The position numbers and the translations under genes were made by a program. DNA of 64,000 nt from positions 1,408,001-1,472,000 of the forward strand of contig OZ241841.1 of the NCBI GenBank assembly GCA_965202665.1. The letters run 5' to 3'. Of the stretch, positions 9,359 to 18,489 are shown piece after piece. The notes beneath the pieces are model-generated. The model worked only from the letters and a program-made list of their open reading frames with translations. It made no database searches and was not told where the DNA came from. Source of the DNA: Candidatus Spongiisociaceae bacterium (GTDB taxonomy: Bacteria; Actinomycetota; Acidimicrobiia; Spongiisociales; Spongiisociaceae). Each line of letters begins with the position of its first letter. The stretch's first letter is position 1.

Positions 9359-11340
9359 TAATCAAAGAATTGGTTCTCTATAACTTTGGCGTTTATGCTG
9401 GTCGTCAAGTTCTTAATTTAGAGCCTCCTTGTCCAGATCATCCTGTTATTCTTATCGGCGGTTTAAACGGAGGTGGGAAGACCACTATTTTGGATGCTGT
9501 CCAGTTGGCACTATATGGTAAAAGGGCGCGTTGTTCCGCTCGTGAAAAATATAGTTATAAAGAGTTTCTACGAAAGTCCATAAATAGAAATGCTACGAAG
9601 GCTGGAGTGGAGCTAGAGTTCGAAACTCATTTCGTGGGTGAAACCACTACCTTACGGATTTGCCGAAGCTGGGGTTATAAGGGGAAAGGCGTAGACGAAA
9701 ATTTATCGATATGGCGTGATGGAGAACCGGATCACCTGTTGACGCATTCATGGAGTAATCGCGTTGAAGAATATCTTCCATTGAATATAGCGCAATTATT
9801 TTTCTTTGATGGCGAACGTATAGAAGGTTTGGCTGACAGTGATCGCTCTAGGGTTTTAATGGAGACTGGTATCAACTCTTTACTGGGGGTTGATATTATC
9901 CGGCAATTAGATTCCGATTTGACGGTTTTGCTTCGCCGCAAGCTAAAAGATAAACAAGAAGGTAAGTATGAAAAGGAAATTGAATCAATAGAGTCATCGA
10001 TTCAAAAACTTGAGGCATTACGGCAAGAGGCCTTGCTTGATAAGGCTCACAATCAGGCCCTATATGAACAGGCAATGGCAAAATTGGAATCAACAAATGA
10101 AAAGTACAGTCAGGAAGGAGGAAATTTATATGAGCAACGTATCACTATTGAGCAAAAAGGAGACGGACTCAAACAAGAAATAGTTGATAAGGAGGAACAC
10201 TTACGAGATCTTGCAATGGGATCACTCCCACTTGCGTTGGTAAACGATCTTTTTCATAATACTTTAGACCGCTCTGTATTGGAGCAAAATACTTTTGTCC
10301 AGCAAAAGGTTTATGAAGAGATGAAAATTCGCAACCGGGATCTTGTGGAATGGATGAAAAAACAACAATTCGCGGAAGGTATACAGGAGTCGATTGCTCT
10401 GTTCTTGGATAATACTACATCACCTCCTAAGGATCAAATTAGCCCGAGGCTTGATTTAGGAGTCAATATAACTGACAATATGAGGGTACTAAGGGATAGA
10501 TATTTACCTGATGATATAGGTAAAACAAAAGCATTGCTGGAAGAGGTAGAGAAACTTGAAATGGACTATACAGAGACAGAACGCATGCTGTCAGCAATTC
10601 CAGAAGAGGCACGAATTAAACCCTTGCAGAGAGAGAGAAATAGACTTATATCGAAAGTGGAAGATTTGACTGTCAACCTCAACACATCTGCGGAGGTATT
10701 TGAAAGAGTTGACAGAGATCTTACTTCACAAAAGGAATCACTCATCCGTTTATTAGATGCACAGGTTAGAGAATTGTTGGAAAGAGACGAATCAGAGAGA
10801 ATAGTTATTCATGCAAATCGCGTCCGTAAAACACTAGAGACCTTTCGCTTGGCTGTTATTAGAGAGCACATCGGTCGCATCGAGGAGGAAATAACGAGTT
10901 GCTTTAGAAGATTACTACACAAAGAGTTGTTAATTGAGAAGGTATGTTTAGATGTATCCAGCTTTGGTATCACCATAAAGGGCTTTGATGATAAGAGGAT
11001 CCCAGTTGAACAATTGTCAGCTGGTGAACGCCAACTTCTGGCAGTTGCTTTTCTCTGGGGCTTAGCTATCGTATCCGGGAGGACTCTTCCAACAATTATC
11101 GATACTCCTTTGGGGAGGCTTGATAGCCTTCATCGCGATCGATTAATTACTCACTATTTTCCCAACGCTAGTCATCAAGTTTTGTTGCTTTCGACGGATG
11201 AGGAAATCGATCGGGATCTTTACAAGATATTGAGACCGTATGTAGGGCACGAGTATAGGTTGGAGTTTGACGACAGCATCCAATCTACCACAGTAGTGCC
11301 CGGTTACTTTTGGACAAAGGAGTTGTCATATGCCAATTGA
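9355..11340 (+). CDS. dndD: DndD SMC/ABC-type ATPase
   Basis: Walker A GLNGGGKTT, 'LFFFDGE.IE', coiled coil, 'LSAGERQLLA', 'IIDTPLGRLDS.HR', 'YFP.ASHQV.LLSTDEEI'. Confidence 0.96.
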   Translation: MIIKELVLYNFGVYAGRQVLNLEPPCPDHPVILIGGLNGGGKTTILDAVQLALYGKRARCSAREKYSYKEFLRKSINRNATKAGVELEFETHFVGETTTLRICRSWGYKGKGVDENLSIWRDGEPDHLLTHSWSNRVEEYLPLNIAQLFFFDGERIEGLADSDRSRVLMETGINSLLGVDIIRQLDSDLTVLLRRKLKDKQEGKYEKEIESIESSIQKLEALRQEALLDKAHNQALYEQAMAKLESTNEKYSQEGGNLYEQRITIEQKGDGLKQEIVDKEEHLRDLAMGSLPLALVNDLFHNTLDRSVLEQNTFVQQKVYEEMKIRNRDLVEWMKKQQFAEGIQESIALFLDNTTSPPKDQISPRLDLGVNITDNMRVLRDRYLPDDIGKTKALLEEVEKLEMDYTETERMLSAIPEEARIKPLQRERNRLISKVEDLTVNLNTSAEVFERVDRDLTSQKESLIRLLDAQVRELLERDESERIVIHANRVRKTLETFRLAVIREHIGRIEEEITSCFRRLLHKELLIEKVCLDVSSFGITIKGFDDKRIPVEQLSAGERQLLAVAFLWGLAIVSGRTLPTIIDTPLGRLDSLHRDRLITHYFPNASHQVLLLSTDEEIDRDLYKILRPYVGHEYRLEFDDSIQSTTVVPGYFWTKELSYAN

Positions 11341-11710
11341 GAGGATTCGACTGAGTGAACGGGAGCGTGAACAGCTGATTACGCTCAAGCGTCGGACCAA
11401 GCTGAAGAACTGGAATGTGCTATGTCGTTGGGCATTATGTACCTCGTTGGCTGAGCCCACCCCTCCTCCCAAGGCCGAGATCGTTTCGGATAGTTCGGTC
11501 GAGATGACTTGGCGAGTGTTTGCTGGCCAGTACGAAGATTTGTACCTGGCATTGCTGAAGCAACGTTGCTTGCAGGATGGGCTTGAAATAGACGACGATG
11601 TGTTGATGACTCAGTTTCGGCTCCATTTGAATCGCGGTATCGGCTATCTCTACGGTGATCGTTCGATGAAAAATATAGGTGATCTAGTCCGAAGGGCTGT
11701 TGATGCATGA
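11330..11710 (+). CDS. dndE: DndE nicked-DNA-binding protein
   Basis: 'IRLS...EQLI.LKR.T...NWNVLCRWALC.SLAEP..P', 'EMTW.VF.G', 'FRLHL.RGI.YL'. Confidence 0.93.
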   Translation: MPIERIRLSEREREQLITLKRRTKLKNWNVLCRWALCTSLAEPTPPPKAEIVSDSSVEMTWRVFAGQYEDLYLALLKQRCLQDGLEIDDDVLMTQFRLHLNRGIGYLYGDRSMKNIGDLVRRAVDA

Positions 11711-11782
11711 TGGCCGTTTGTCGCTGTAGAGGCACTCGCTGTGATTTGACTCGCCGGTCTGTTGTGGTATGCTCTAAGCGTA

Positions 11783-13870
11783 ATGTTACCAAATTTGCAG
11801 ATTGAGGCCTCTTACCGGAGTGACCGGAATCAGGTTCTCCATAACTTTCACATCCCGTGTCTGGAGCAAGCAACTTCCTACGACAGAGCTGTAGGATACT
11901 TCACCAGTGGGTCCTTGAGCCTTGTGGCAACTGGCTTGAGTAGGCTTATTCAGCGAGATGGACGGATGCGACTCGTGGCCTCACCGCGCCTCAACGAGGA
12001 GGACGGGAAGGCTATCCGTGAAGGCTACGAGCAACGCGAGGTCATCGAGCGAAACTTAGTTCGTGAGCTTACACGTGATGACATACCTGATCCAGTAAAG
12101 GAGCGTCTAGGTTTTCTAGCATGGATGGTCGCCGAAGGCTTTCTAGATATCCGGATTGCTCTCGTGCGCAATGATCAGGGAGTAGGGATTTATCATGAGA
12201 AGTTTGGAATATACACCGATTCGGAAGGTCATCAGGTAGTTTTTTCTGGTTCAGCCAACGAAACTGCTGCTGGACTTGTCAGCAATTTTGAATCGTTAGA
12301 GGTATTTTGTTCTTGGGTAGACATAGACACAGAACGTGTAAAGAGCCGGGTCTATGACTTCGACTTGCTATGGGAAGGTAATACAGATGGGTTACAGATA
12401 TATGATTTTCCCGAAGCTGCTCGTCAAGCGATCCTTCAGTATAAACCAGAAACTAAACCAAGTTCGGAGCCCAAAGAAAATCATGACTTGATAGGCATGG
12501 AGACCCCATATTCGCCCAACTGGCTATGTCTCAGGGACTATCAAAGGACAGCCATAGAAAAATGGTTTCAGGCTAATGGGCGAGGTATTTGGGAAATGGC
12601 CACAGGTACAGGCAAAACGGTTACTGCTCTAGATGCCATGACCAAAGTATTTAAAGAACATCACTCACGAGGTCAGGCTTTGTTTGTCGCTATAGTATGT
12701 CCGTTTATACATCTCGCCGAACAATGGGATAAAGAAGCTCGGAATTTTGGGGCAACACCCATAATATGTGCAGAAGGCCTAGATAAATGGTACACCGAAG
12801 CCAATGATGCTATAGCTTCGCTAAATCTCGGCCAGTCGGAATTTGTTCTTACGATTACTACCAATTCTACTTTTACAAAAAAACCATATCAATCATTTAT
12901 AAGGCAAGTTAAACCAAACATTCTTCTGATAGCGGACGAGGTTCATAATTTCGGTTCTCCTCAGATTAGAGGTGTCTTACCAGAAAATGCTACATATAGA
13001 TTAGGACTTTCTGCTACTCCGGAACGGCATTTTGACATTCTTGGCAGTCAGGCGATTACAGATTATTTTGGTGATTCTGTTTTTGCTTATAGCATACAGG
13101 ATGCAATTAAGTCAGGATATTTAACTTCATATAGTTATGAACCTATTATTGTGTATTTAGATGACGAGGAGATGGAAGAGTATATCGAACTAACTAAGCA
13201 AATAGGTAAACTATGGAATTGGAACAAGGGCGGAAGGTCGATAGATCAAGTTGAAGACGGACCTCTTAAAGTATACTTGATAAAGCGCGCAAGTTTACTT
13301 AGATCAGCGCGAGGAAAGATAGATTTACTAAGAAAAACAATGGTTGGATTTGCGCACTCTTATCATAATCTGCTATACTGCGATTCTGACGGCGATGTAG
13401 GCGAGAGCCAACTTGCTGAGGTATGCAAGATATTAGGAACTGAATTGAAAATGAAAGTCAATACCTATACACACCAGACACCTCCGAGAGAGCGGATGAG
13501 ACTAACTCGGGAACTTGAATCTGGTGAGATTCAGGCACTAATTGCTATACGATGCCTTGATGAAGGGATTGATATCCCAAGTGCTCGGAGAGGGTTTATC
13601 TTGGCAAGTTCAACTAATCCTCGGCAATTTATTCAGCGCAGAGGTAGGCTTTTACGTCTTGCTGATGGTAAGGAGCAAGCAGAAATATACGATTTTATAG
13701 TTGTTCCATCAGAAGATTTATTTGATCAGAAAACATTTAAAATGGAGCGTGAGTTAGTTAGGAAGGAACTCAATCGCGTAGTTGAATTTGCTAAGTGTGC
13801 AAAAAATGGCGCACAAGCCTTGGTAAAATTATTACCTATTCGCAAACGTTATCAATTGCTTGATTTGTAG
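11783..13870 (+). CDS. pbeA: Dnd-associated PLD-nuclease/SF2 helicase fusion (PbeA-like)
   Basis: N-terminal 'YDRAVGYF.S.SL', PLD-like 'HEKFG...GSANET'; helicase 'ATGTGKT', 'DEVH', 'GLSATP', 'CLDEGIDIP', 'QRRGRLLR'; directly after dndE. Confidence 0.85.
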   Translation: MLPNLQIEASYRSDRNQVLHNFHIPCLEQATSYDRAVGYFTSGSLSLVATGLSRLIQRDGRMRLVASPRLNEEDGKAIREGYEQREVIERNLVRELTRDDIPDPVKERLGFLAWMVAEGFLDIRIALVRNDQGVGIYHEKFGIYTDSEGHQVVFSGSANETAAGLVSNFESLEVFCSWVDIDTERVKSRVYDFDLLWEGNTDGLQIYDFPEAARQAILQYKPETKPSSEPKENHDLIGMETPYSPNWLCLRDYQRTAIEKWFQANGRGIWEMATGTGKTVTALDAMTKVFKEHHSRGQALFVAIVCPFIHLAEQWDKEARNFGATPIICAEGLDKWYTEANDAIASLNLGQSEFVLTITTNSTFTKKPYQSFIRQVKPNILLIADEVHNFGSPQIRGVLPENATYRLGLSATPERHFDILGSQAITDYFGDSVFAYSIQDAIKSGYLTSYSYEPIIVYLDDEEMEEYIELTKQIGKLWNWNKGGRSIDQVEDGPLKVYLIKRASLLRSARGKIDLLRKTMVGFAHSYHNLLYCDSDGDVGESQLAEVCKILGTELKMKVNTYTHQTPPRERMRLTRELESGEIQALIAIRCLDEGIDIPSARRGFILASSTNPRQFIQRRGRLLRLADGKEQAEIYDFIVVPSEDLFDQKTFKMERELVRKELNRVVEFAKCAKNGAQALVKLLPIRKRYQLLDL

Positions 13871-13884
13871 GAAGGAGGAAATTT

Positions 13885-14067
13885 ATGATGAATGAAGAGG
13901 CTAAGTCAACCTTTCAAGAGGTTAGGAAATTATTTCAAAACCTCTCGCTCGAGACTCAAGATCTTGTGGATGGTGTACTCAAGATAGAGCAGACCTCACT
14001 CCATCTGAAGAAGCCGCGCGGACTTAAGTTGGAAGTGCTCGATTTGGTAAGGAGTATTATACCATGA
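13885..14067 (+). CDS. Small Dnd-associated protein (PbeB-like)
   Basis: 60 aa, strong RBS GAAGGAGG, stop overlaps next start (ATGA); occupies the pbeB position. Confidence 0.7.
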   Translation: MMNEEAKSTFQEVRKLFQNLSLETQDLVDGVLKIEQTSLHLKKPRGLKLEVLDLVRSIIP

Positions 14068-16127
14068 AGCTCGACCGTCTCTCTCTGACTAATTTTCGGC
14101 CATTTTATGGTGACCAAGAGTTGATCTTTGATCATTCCAATACGAGGAACGTTTATATAGTTTTTGGAGCTAACGGAGTTGGGAAAACTACGCTCCTGAA
14201 TGCCATGACTTGGGTATTATATAAGGAGCTGAGTTATGACTTTGAACAGCCGAACCGTCTTGTCAATAACCGAGCTTGGAGAGAATGTAATGAGGGTTCA
14301 ACTGTAGATGCAGTAGTAGAACTTGAGTTCACACATGGTTCTACACGGTATATTATCAAAAGAATACATCAGGTACGTAAGGAGGGTGATGAACAGATTA
14401 CGATGATTGACGGGGAACCCAGTTTGCATATTATAAATGAGAATGGTGGATTTGTTAAATCCGAAAACCCTTCCAATATTGTCGATCAAATATTACCTAA
14501 ACGGTTGCATCCTTTTTTCTTCTTTAATGGAGAACGAATTGAGCGCCTTGCTCAAGATGATGCCGATCAAGAAATCGAGGCGGCCGTTAAGATGGTACTA
14601 GGACTGGAGGTATTTGATCGTGGTCGGAAACATCTTGAAGGAGCGATACAGGAACTCCAGAAAGAACAAGCTAAAGTTGGTTCTATAGAAACAAAAGAGA
14701 TTGTTGAAAAATTGGGAGAACTCGATTCCAGAAAAGAGCGGTTAGAAGAAGAACTTAGTAACTTACATAGTGAAAGGGTTGCGCTGGATAAGAATATATC
14801 GGAAATAGGAGACAGAGTACGGTTAATAGGTGAAGCTCGCGAACTGCAAAAACAACGAGATCTATTTGAGCAAGAGCTAGAGGGTTCTCGTAAAAGGGAT
14901 AAAGAATTACGCGAGATGCTTAGAAATATCCTTGTGAAGAAAAGTTATGTGGTGTTTCTATCTGATCTCTCTGATCAAGTAGTTGCCCTAATTGAAGGTC
15001 TTCGTGTAAAAGGCGAGATTCCAGCACCTATAAAGAGACAGTTCGTTGAGGATCTTTTGGAAGAGGGATTGTGTATTTGTGAGACCCGTCTTGTGAAAGG
15101 AGAGATTCCTTATCTGAATGTTGAACAATGGCTGGCCAGGGGCGGCGATGGTGATGTTGAGGATGCCATTGTAAAATTAAACGCAGAAATAGATCAACAT
15201 TCTATTAGCCGTCCTGATATTTTGACAGAGATAGCTGATATTAATAAACAGTTGTTTGATAATAGCAGATTTCGTAAAAGGCTAGAAGAAAAGTTAGATG
15301 ATGTAGGTGAAAAGCTCAAGAAATTTCCTTTGGAAGAGGTATCAAAATTAGAGGAGAAACGTAATGACTATTTGAAACAAACTCATGAGAATGCTCGACT
15401 ACAAGGTTCTAAATCGGTTGAATTAAAATCTACCAAAGAAAATATCAAGAATAAGCAAATCGAATTAGAGAGAGTAAAGGAAGAAAATGCCAAGGCGTTG
15501 ATTGCTCAACAAAGAGTGATTACTGCTAAGGAGGCTCGTGATTTTTTTGCTACAGTGCATACTTTGAGAAGCCATGATGTACGCGTAGAGTTAGATGATC
15601 TTATCAGAAAAGTGTATTCCAAGATTGATTTTAAAGGTTATCAACCTCTTTTAAATGACAATTTTTTGTTAGAATTACGAAATCCGAGTGAAGAAAATGC
15701 CCTGGTAGCTAAATCCACGGGCGAGAATCAAATTTTGAGCCTTTCTTTTGTCGGAGCTCTTGCTAAGTTGGCGCGTAAGCCTAAAGAGGATATTTTTGAT
15801 AGAAAGTTTGGTGGGTTAATTAAATTTGAAGGAGGTGATTACCCTGTTGTTATTGATGCTGCCTTTGGGCAATTAGAAATTGAATATCAACGTGCGGTTG
15901 CAAGTGCCCTTCCAAGTTTAGCTAATCAAGTTATAGTATTTGTTTCGAAGGCACAAGGGATGGGAGCGGTTTTAGAAGAATTAGCACCGTTTAGTGCAGG
16001 TATATCTATTATTCACTACAGGACTACCGAGGAAAACGAGGAGTGTATTGAACTTCGAGGGGAAGAGTTTCCATATATATCAAGGAGTATCGATGGAAGT
16101 GGATGGGCTTCCATCGACAGAACATAG
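14064..16127 (+). CDS. pbeC: SMC/Rad50-like ATPase with CxC motif (PbeC-like)
   Basis: Walker A GANGVGKTT, 'FFFFNGERIE', coiled coil with 'CIC', signature 'STGENQ', Walker B/D-loop 'VVIDAAFGQL'. Confidence 0.82.
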   Translation: MKLDRLSLTNFRPFYGDQELIFDHSNTRNVYIVFGANGVGKTTLLNAMTWVLYKELSYDFEQPNRLVNNRAWRECNEGSTVDAVVELEFTHGSTRYIIKRIHQVRKEGDEQITMIDGEPSLHIINENGGFVKSENPSNIVDQILPKRLHPFFFFNGERIERLAQDDADQEIEAAVKMVLGLEVFDRGRKHLEGAIQELQKEQAKVGSIETKEIVEKLGELDSRKERLEEELSNLHSERVALDKNISEIGDRVRLIGEARELQKQRDLFEQELEGSRKRDKELREMLRNILVKKSYVVFLSDLSDQVVALIEGLRVKGEIPAPIKRQFVEDLLEEGLCICETRLVKGEIPYLNVEQWLARGGDGDVEDAIVKLNAEIDQHSISRPDILTEIADINKQLFDNSRFRKRLEEKLDDVGEKLKKFPLEEVSKLEEKRNDYLKQTHENARLQGSKSVELKSTKENIKNKQIELERVKEENAKALIAQQRVITAKEARDFFATVHTLRSHDVRVELDDLIRKVYSKIDFKGYQPLLNDNFLLELRNPSEENALVAKSTGENQILSLSFVGALAKLARKPKEDIFDRKFGGLIKFEGGDYPVVIDAAFGQLEIEYQRAVASALPSLANQVIVFVSKAQGMGAVLEELAPFSAGISIIHYRTTEENEECIELRGEEFPYISRSIDGSGWASIDRT

Positions 16128-16133
16128 GAGTAG

Positions 16134-16610
16134 ATGATGGTAAGCGTCCCTGGGTATCGGCGGGTAAGACGCCCTAAGGACAAGTCCAATCTATTGGACC
16201 GTCTCACTAAATCCGAGAATCGGGCAAACAGCCCATTCGATAGCTACCGTGACGTTATTATATTCTGCGCGGCCCTTGGTTGGTGGCGGAAGAGGAGGGT
16301 CTCGTTTGATAGTTCTGATGAACCTATACGTTGGGAGACTATGACCAGTTTGCCTGGAGCCGAAATGTTGGTAAATATGTTGGCAGTTAGCCAAACGGAC
16401 GATCCTACTATTTTACTGGATGAACGTTTTGATGATAGAATAGTAATATTTGAGGAGTACGCAAATGGTGGCCTTGAAGTACTACGCGAATCGCTTGATC
16501 GATCACCTAAACCGGCGGTAGATGTTTTAAGAGATTTTGTAATGCAGGCCGATATTGATGTCGATATAAATATTGCTCCAATAGATCTCACCAACATAGA
16601 GCCCGATTGA
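16134..16610 (+). CDS. DNA phosphorothioation-associated protein (PbeD / dnd-associated protein 4-like)
   Basis: 'RRVRRPKDK...L', 'F.SYRDV..FCAALG', 'IFEEYANGGL..L' motif; last gene of the AT-rich island. Confidence 0.78.
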   Translation: MMVSVPGYRRVRRPKDKSNLLDRLTKSENRANSPFDSYRDVIIFCAALGWWRKRRVSFDSSDEPIRWETMTSLPGAEMLVNMLAVSQTDDPTILLDERFDDRIVIFEEYANGGLEVLRESLDRSPKPAVDVLRDFVMQADIDVDINIAPIDLTNIEPD

Positions 16611-16646
16611 TAGCAATTTTTATACTTACCTTAGTGAGGATATCTG

Positions 16647-17345
16647 ATGAGCGATAGGCGGAGGGCTTTGGTTACCGGGTCGGCTCGGGGGATTGGGCGG
16701 GCTATCGCCGAGCGGTTGCGGGGGGACGGGTTGCGGGTTACGGGGGTGGATGTTCTTCCCCACGAGGGGGAGGTGGATGAGGCTGTGCAGGTTGATTTGG
16801 CGGATGCCGAGGCCTGTCAGCGGACGGCGGCCGGGGCGGGGGCGGTGGATGTTTTGGTCAACTGCGCCGCCCTGTTCATCCACAAGCCGATCGCCGACTT
16901 CACCGTGGAAGAATTCGACCGCACGGTGGCCGTCAACTTGCGGGCCATGTTCCTGCTGTCCCGGGACCTGGTGGGGGGGATGGCGGAACGGGGGTGGGGG
17001 CGCATCGTCAACGTGTCCAGCATCGGGGCCCGCACCGGCGGGGTGTCGCAGTCGGCGGTGTACAACGCCACCAAGGCGGGCATCGTCTCGCTTACCAAAA
17101 ACTTCGCCCGCAACTACGGCTGGCGGGGGGTGACCGCCAACGCGGTGCTGCCCGGATACGTCCACAGCCATATGACCTCTCACATCACTGAAGAGGAAAA
17201 CGCGGCCTACATGTCCCAGATACCGCTGGGGCGGGGGGCGCAACCCGGCGAGATCGCCGACGTGGTCGGTTTCCTCGCCTCGGACGAGGCCGGTTACATG
17301 ACCGGGGCGTCGGTGGATGTCAACGGCGGCTGGGTGATGACCTGA
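16647..17345 (+). CDS. Short-chain dehydrogenase/reductase
   Basis: 'TGSARGIG', 'YNATK' YxxxK, 'NAVLPG', 'TG..VDVNGG'. Confidence 0.93.
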   Translation: MSDRRRALVTGSARGIGRAIAERLRGDGLRVTGVDVLPHEGEVDEAVQVDLADAEACQRTAAGAGAVDVLVNCAALFIHKPIADFTVEEFDRTVAVNLRAMFLLSRDLVGGMAERGWGRIVNVSSIGARTGGVSQSAVYNATKAGIVSLTKNFARNYGWRGVTANAVLPGYVHSHMTSHITEEENAAYMSQIPLGRGAQPGEIADVVGFLASDEAGYMTGASVDVNGGWVMT

Positions 17346-17446
17346 CCGGCCGGGCGCGGTTGGGCCCCGCCTCCGACTGCGGCCGGTTCTGGTAGCGTCC
17401 CAGTCGCAGGAGAACTTTCCGCCGCTCAACCTTAGGGAGTCGTCAG

Positions 17447-17665
17447 ATGGGTAAAAGGAAAACTGGGAAACTGCCCGCCACCCGCGAGCAGGCCAAGCAC
17501 GCCCGGCGGCTGGTGGAGCAGGCCGGCGGATCCCGGCGCAAGGCCAGAAAGGCGGCTTCCAAAGTGGAGGGCATGAACCAACGCAAGGCCGGCAAGTTCA
17601 TCGGCCGGTTGAACGACCGGGCCGAGGTTGACTTGGACGGGAGCAAAACCGACATCGAATTTTAG
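17447..17665 (+). CDS. Small basic hypothetical protein
   Basis: 72-aa ORF with GGGAG RBS and host-like codon use; 'PATREQ...L...AG...A.KFI.RL' pattern. Confidence 0.6.
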   Translation: MGKRKTGKLPATREQAKHARRLVEQAGGSRRKARKAASKVEGMNQRKAGKFIGRLNDRAEVDLDGSKTDIEF

Positions 17666-17686
17666 GGGGTGCTCCGGCCTGGCGGT

Positions 17687-18484
17687 TTAGTAGCCGGATT
17701 CTCCCTGTTCCAAAGGGGCGGCCCCGTCGGATACCAGGGCCCGGGCTTCGTTGGCCGCTTTTGCCAGGGCGGAACGCAAAGTGGTCAGGTCGGAGATGGG
17801 GGTGACCATACGGAACCCCCTGCCTAGCCGGTCCTCCGCCATGTTGGGGGTGGCCTGGATGCCTGGAACCACCCCGCGCCGTTGGCACCCTTCCGCGATT
17901 TTCGCCAGGGCCTCCAGCAGGTCCGGGTGCTCGCTGCCGGGGGGATGTCCCAGGGAAATGGCAAGATCGGAGGGGCCCACGTAGATGGCGTCCACCCCCG
18001 GCACGGACAGGATGCCGTCCAAATCGTCCAAGGCGGCCACCGTTTCCACCATCGGGATGCACATCACGTCCCGGTTGGCCCGTTCAAAATAGTCCGCCCC
18101 TTCCACCGGTCCCGCCCGGGTGGGCCCGTAACTGCGGTGGCCCTCCGGGGGGTAGCGGCAGGAAGCGACCGCTTCCGCCGCCTCTTCGGCCGAATTCACC
18201 AGCGGCACGATCACCGCCATCGCCCCCGCGTCCAAGGCGGTGGAAATGGCCGGGGGGGTGTTGGCCTCCACCCGCACCACCGGGGTGGGCCCGCGGTTGG
18301 AGATGGCGACCAGCATGGCCACCATGTCGGAAAACCCGACCGGGCCGTGCTGGCGGTCGATGCACACGTAGTCCAGCCCCAGGCCGGCCATGGCTTCGGC
18401 GGCGATCACGGAAGGGATGGAAGCCCACCCTCCCAGGGCGATGCCGCCCGACGAACATTTTTCGAGAAGTGGATTAGGTCGCAT
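17687..18484 (-). CDS. HpcH/HpaI-family class II aldolase
   Basis: 'DYVCID.QHG', 'PVVRV', 'LDAGA..VIVP', 'YPP.G.RSYGP', 'PMVET', 'GVD.IYVGP.DL'; start at MRPNPL. Confidence 0.9.
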   Translation of the reverse strand: MRPNPLLEKCSSGGIALGGWASIPSVIAAEAMAGLGLDYVCIDRQHGPVGFSDMVAMLVAISNRGPTPVVRVEANTPPAISTALDAGAMAVIVPLVNSAEEAAEAVASCRYPPEGHRSYGPTRAGPVEGADYFERANRDVMCIPMVETVAALDDLDGILSVPGVDAIYVGPSDLAISLGHPPGSEHPDLLEALAKIAEGCQRRGVVPGIQATPNMAEDRLGRGFRMVTPISDLTTLRSALAKAANEARALVSDGAAPLEQGESGY

Positions 18485-18489
18485 GCCCC

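Larger units (their letters stand above)
5425..16630. mobile_element. Horizontally acquired defence island (dnd + pbe-like); no integrase seen
   Basis: Marked AT enrichment from ~7300 to ~16630 against GC-rich flanks; coherent defence gene content; boundaries approximate. Confidence 0.7.

Noticed and set aside
11783-16610. dndFGH restriction module or type III R-M
   Set aside because: No methyltransferase and no very large DndH-like protein; sizes, motifs and order fit PbeABCD-like genes better.
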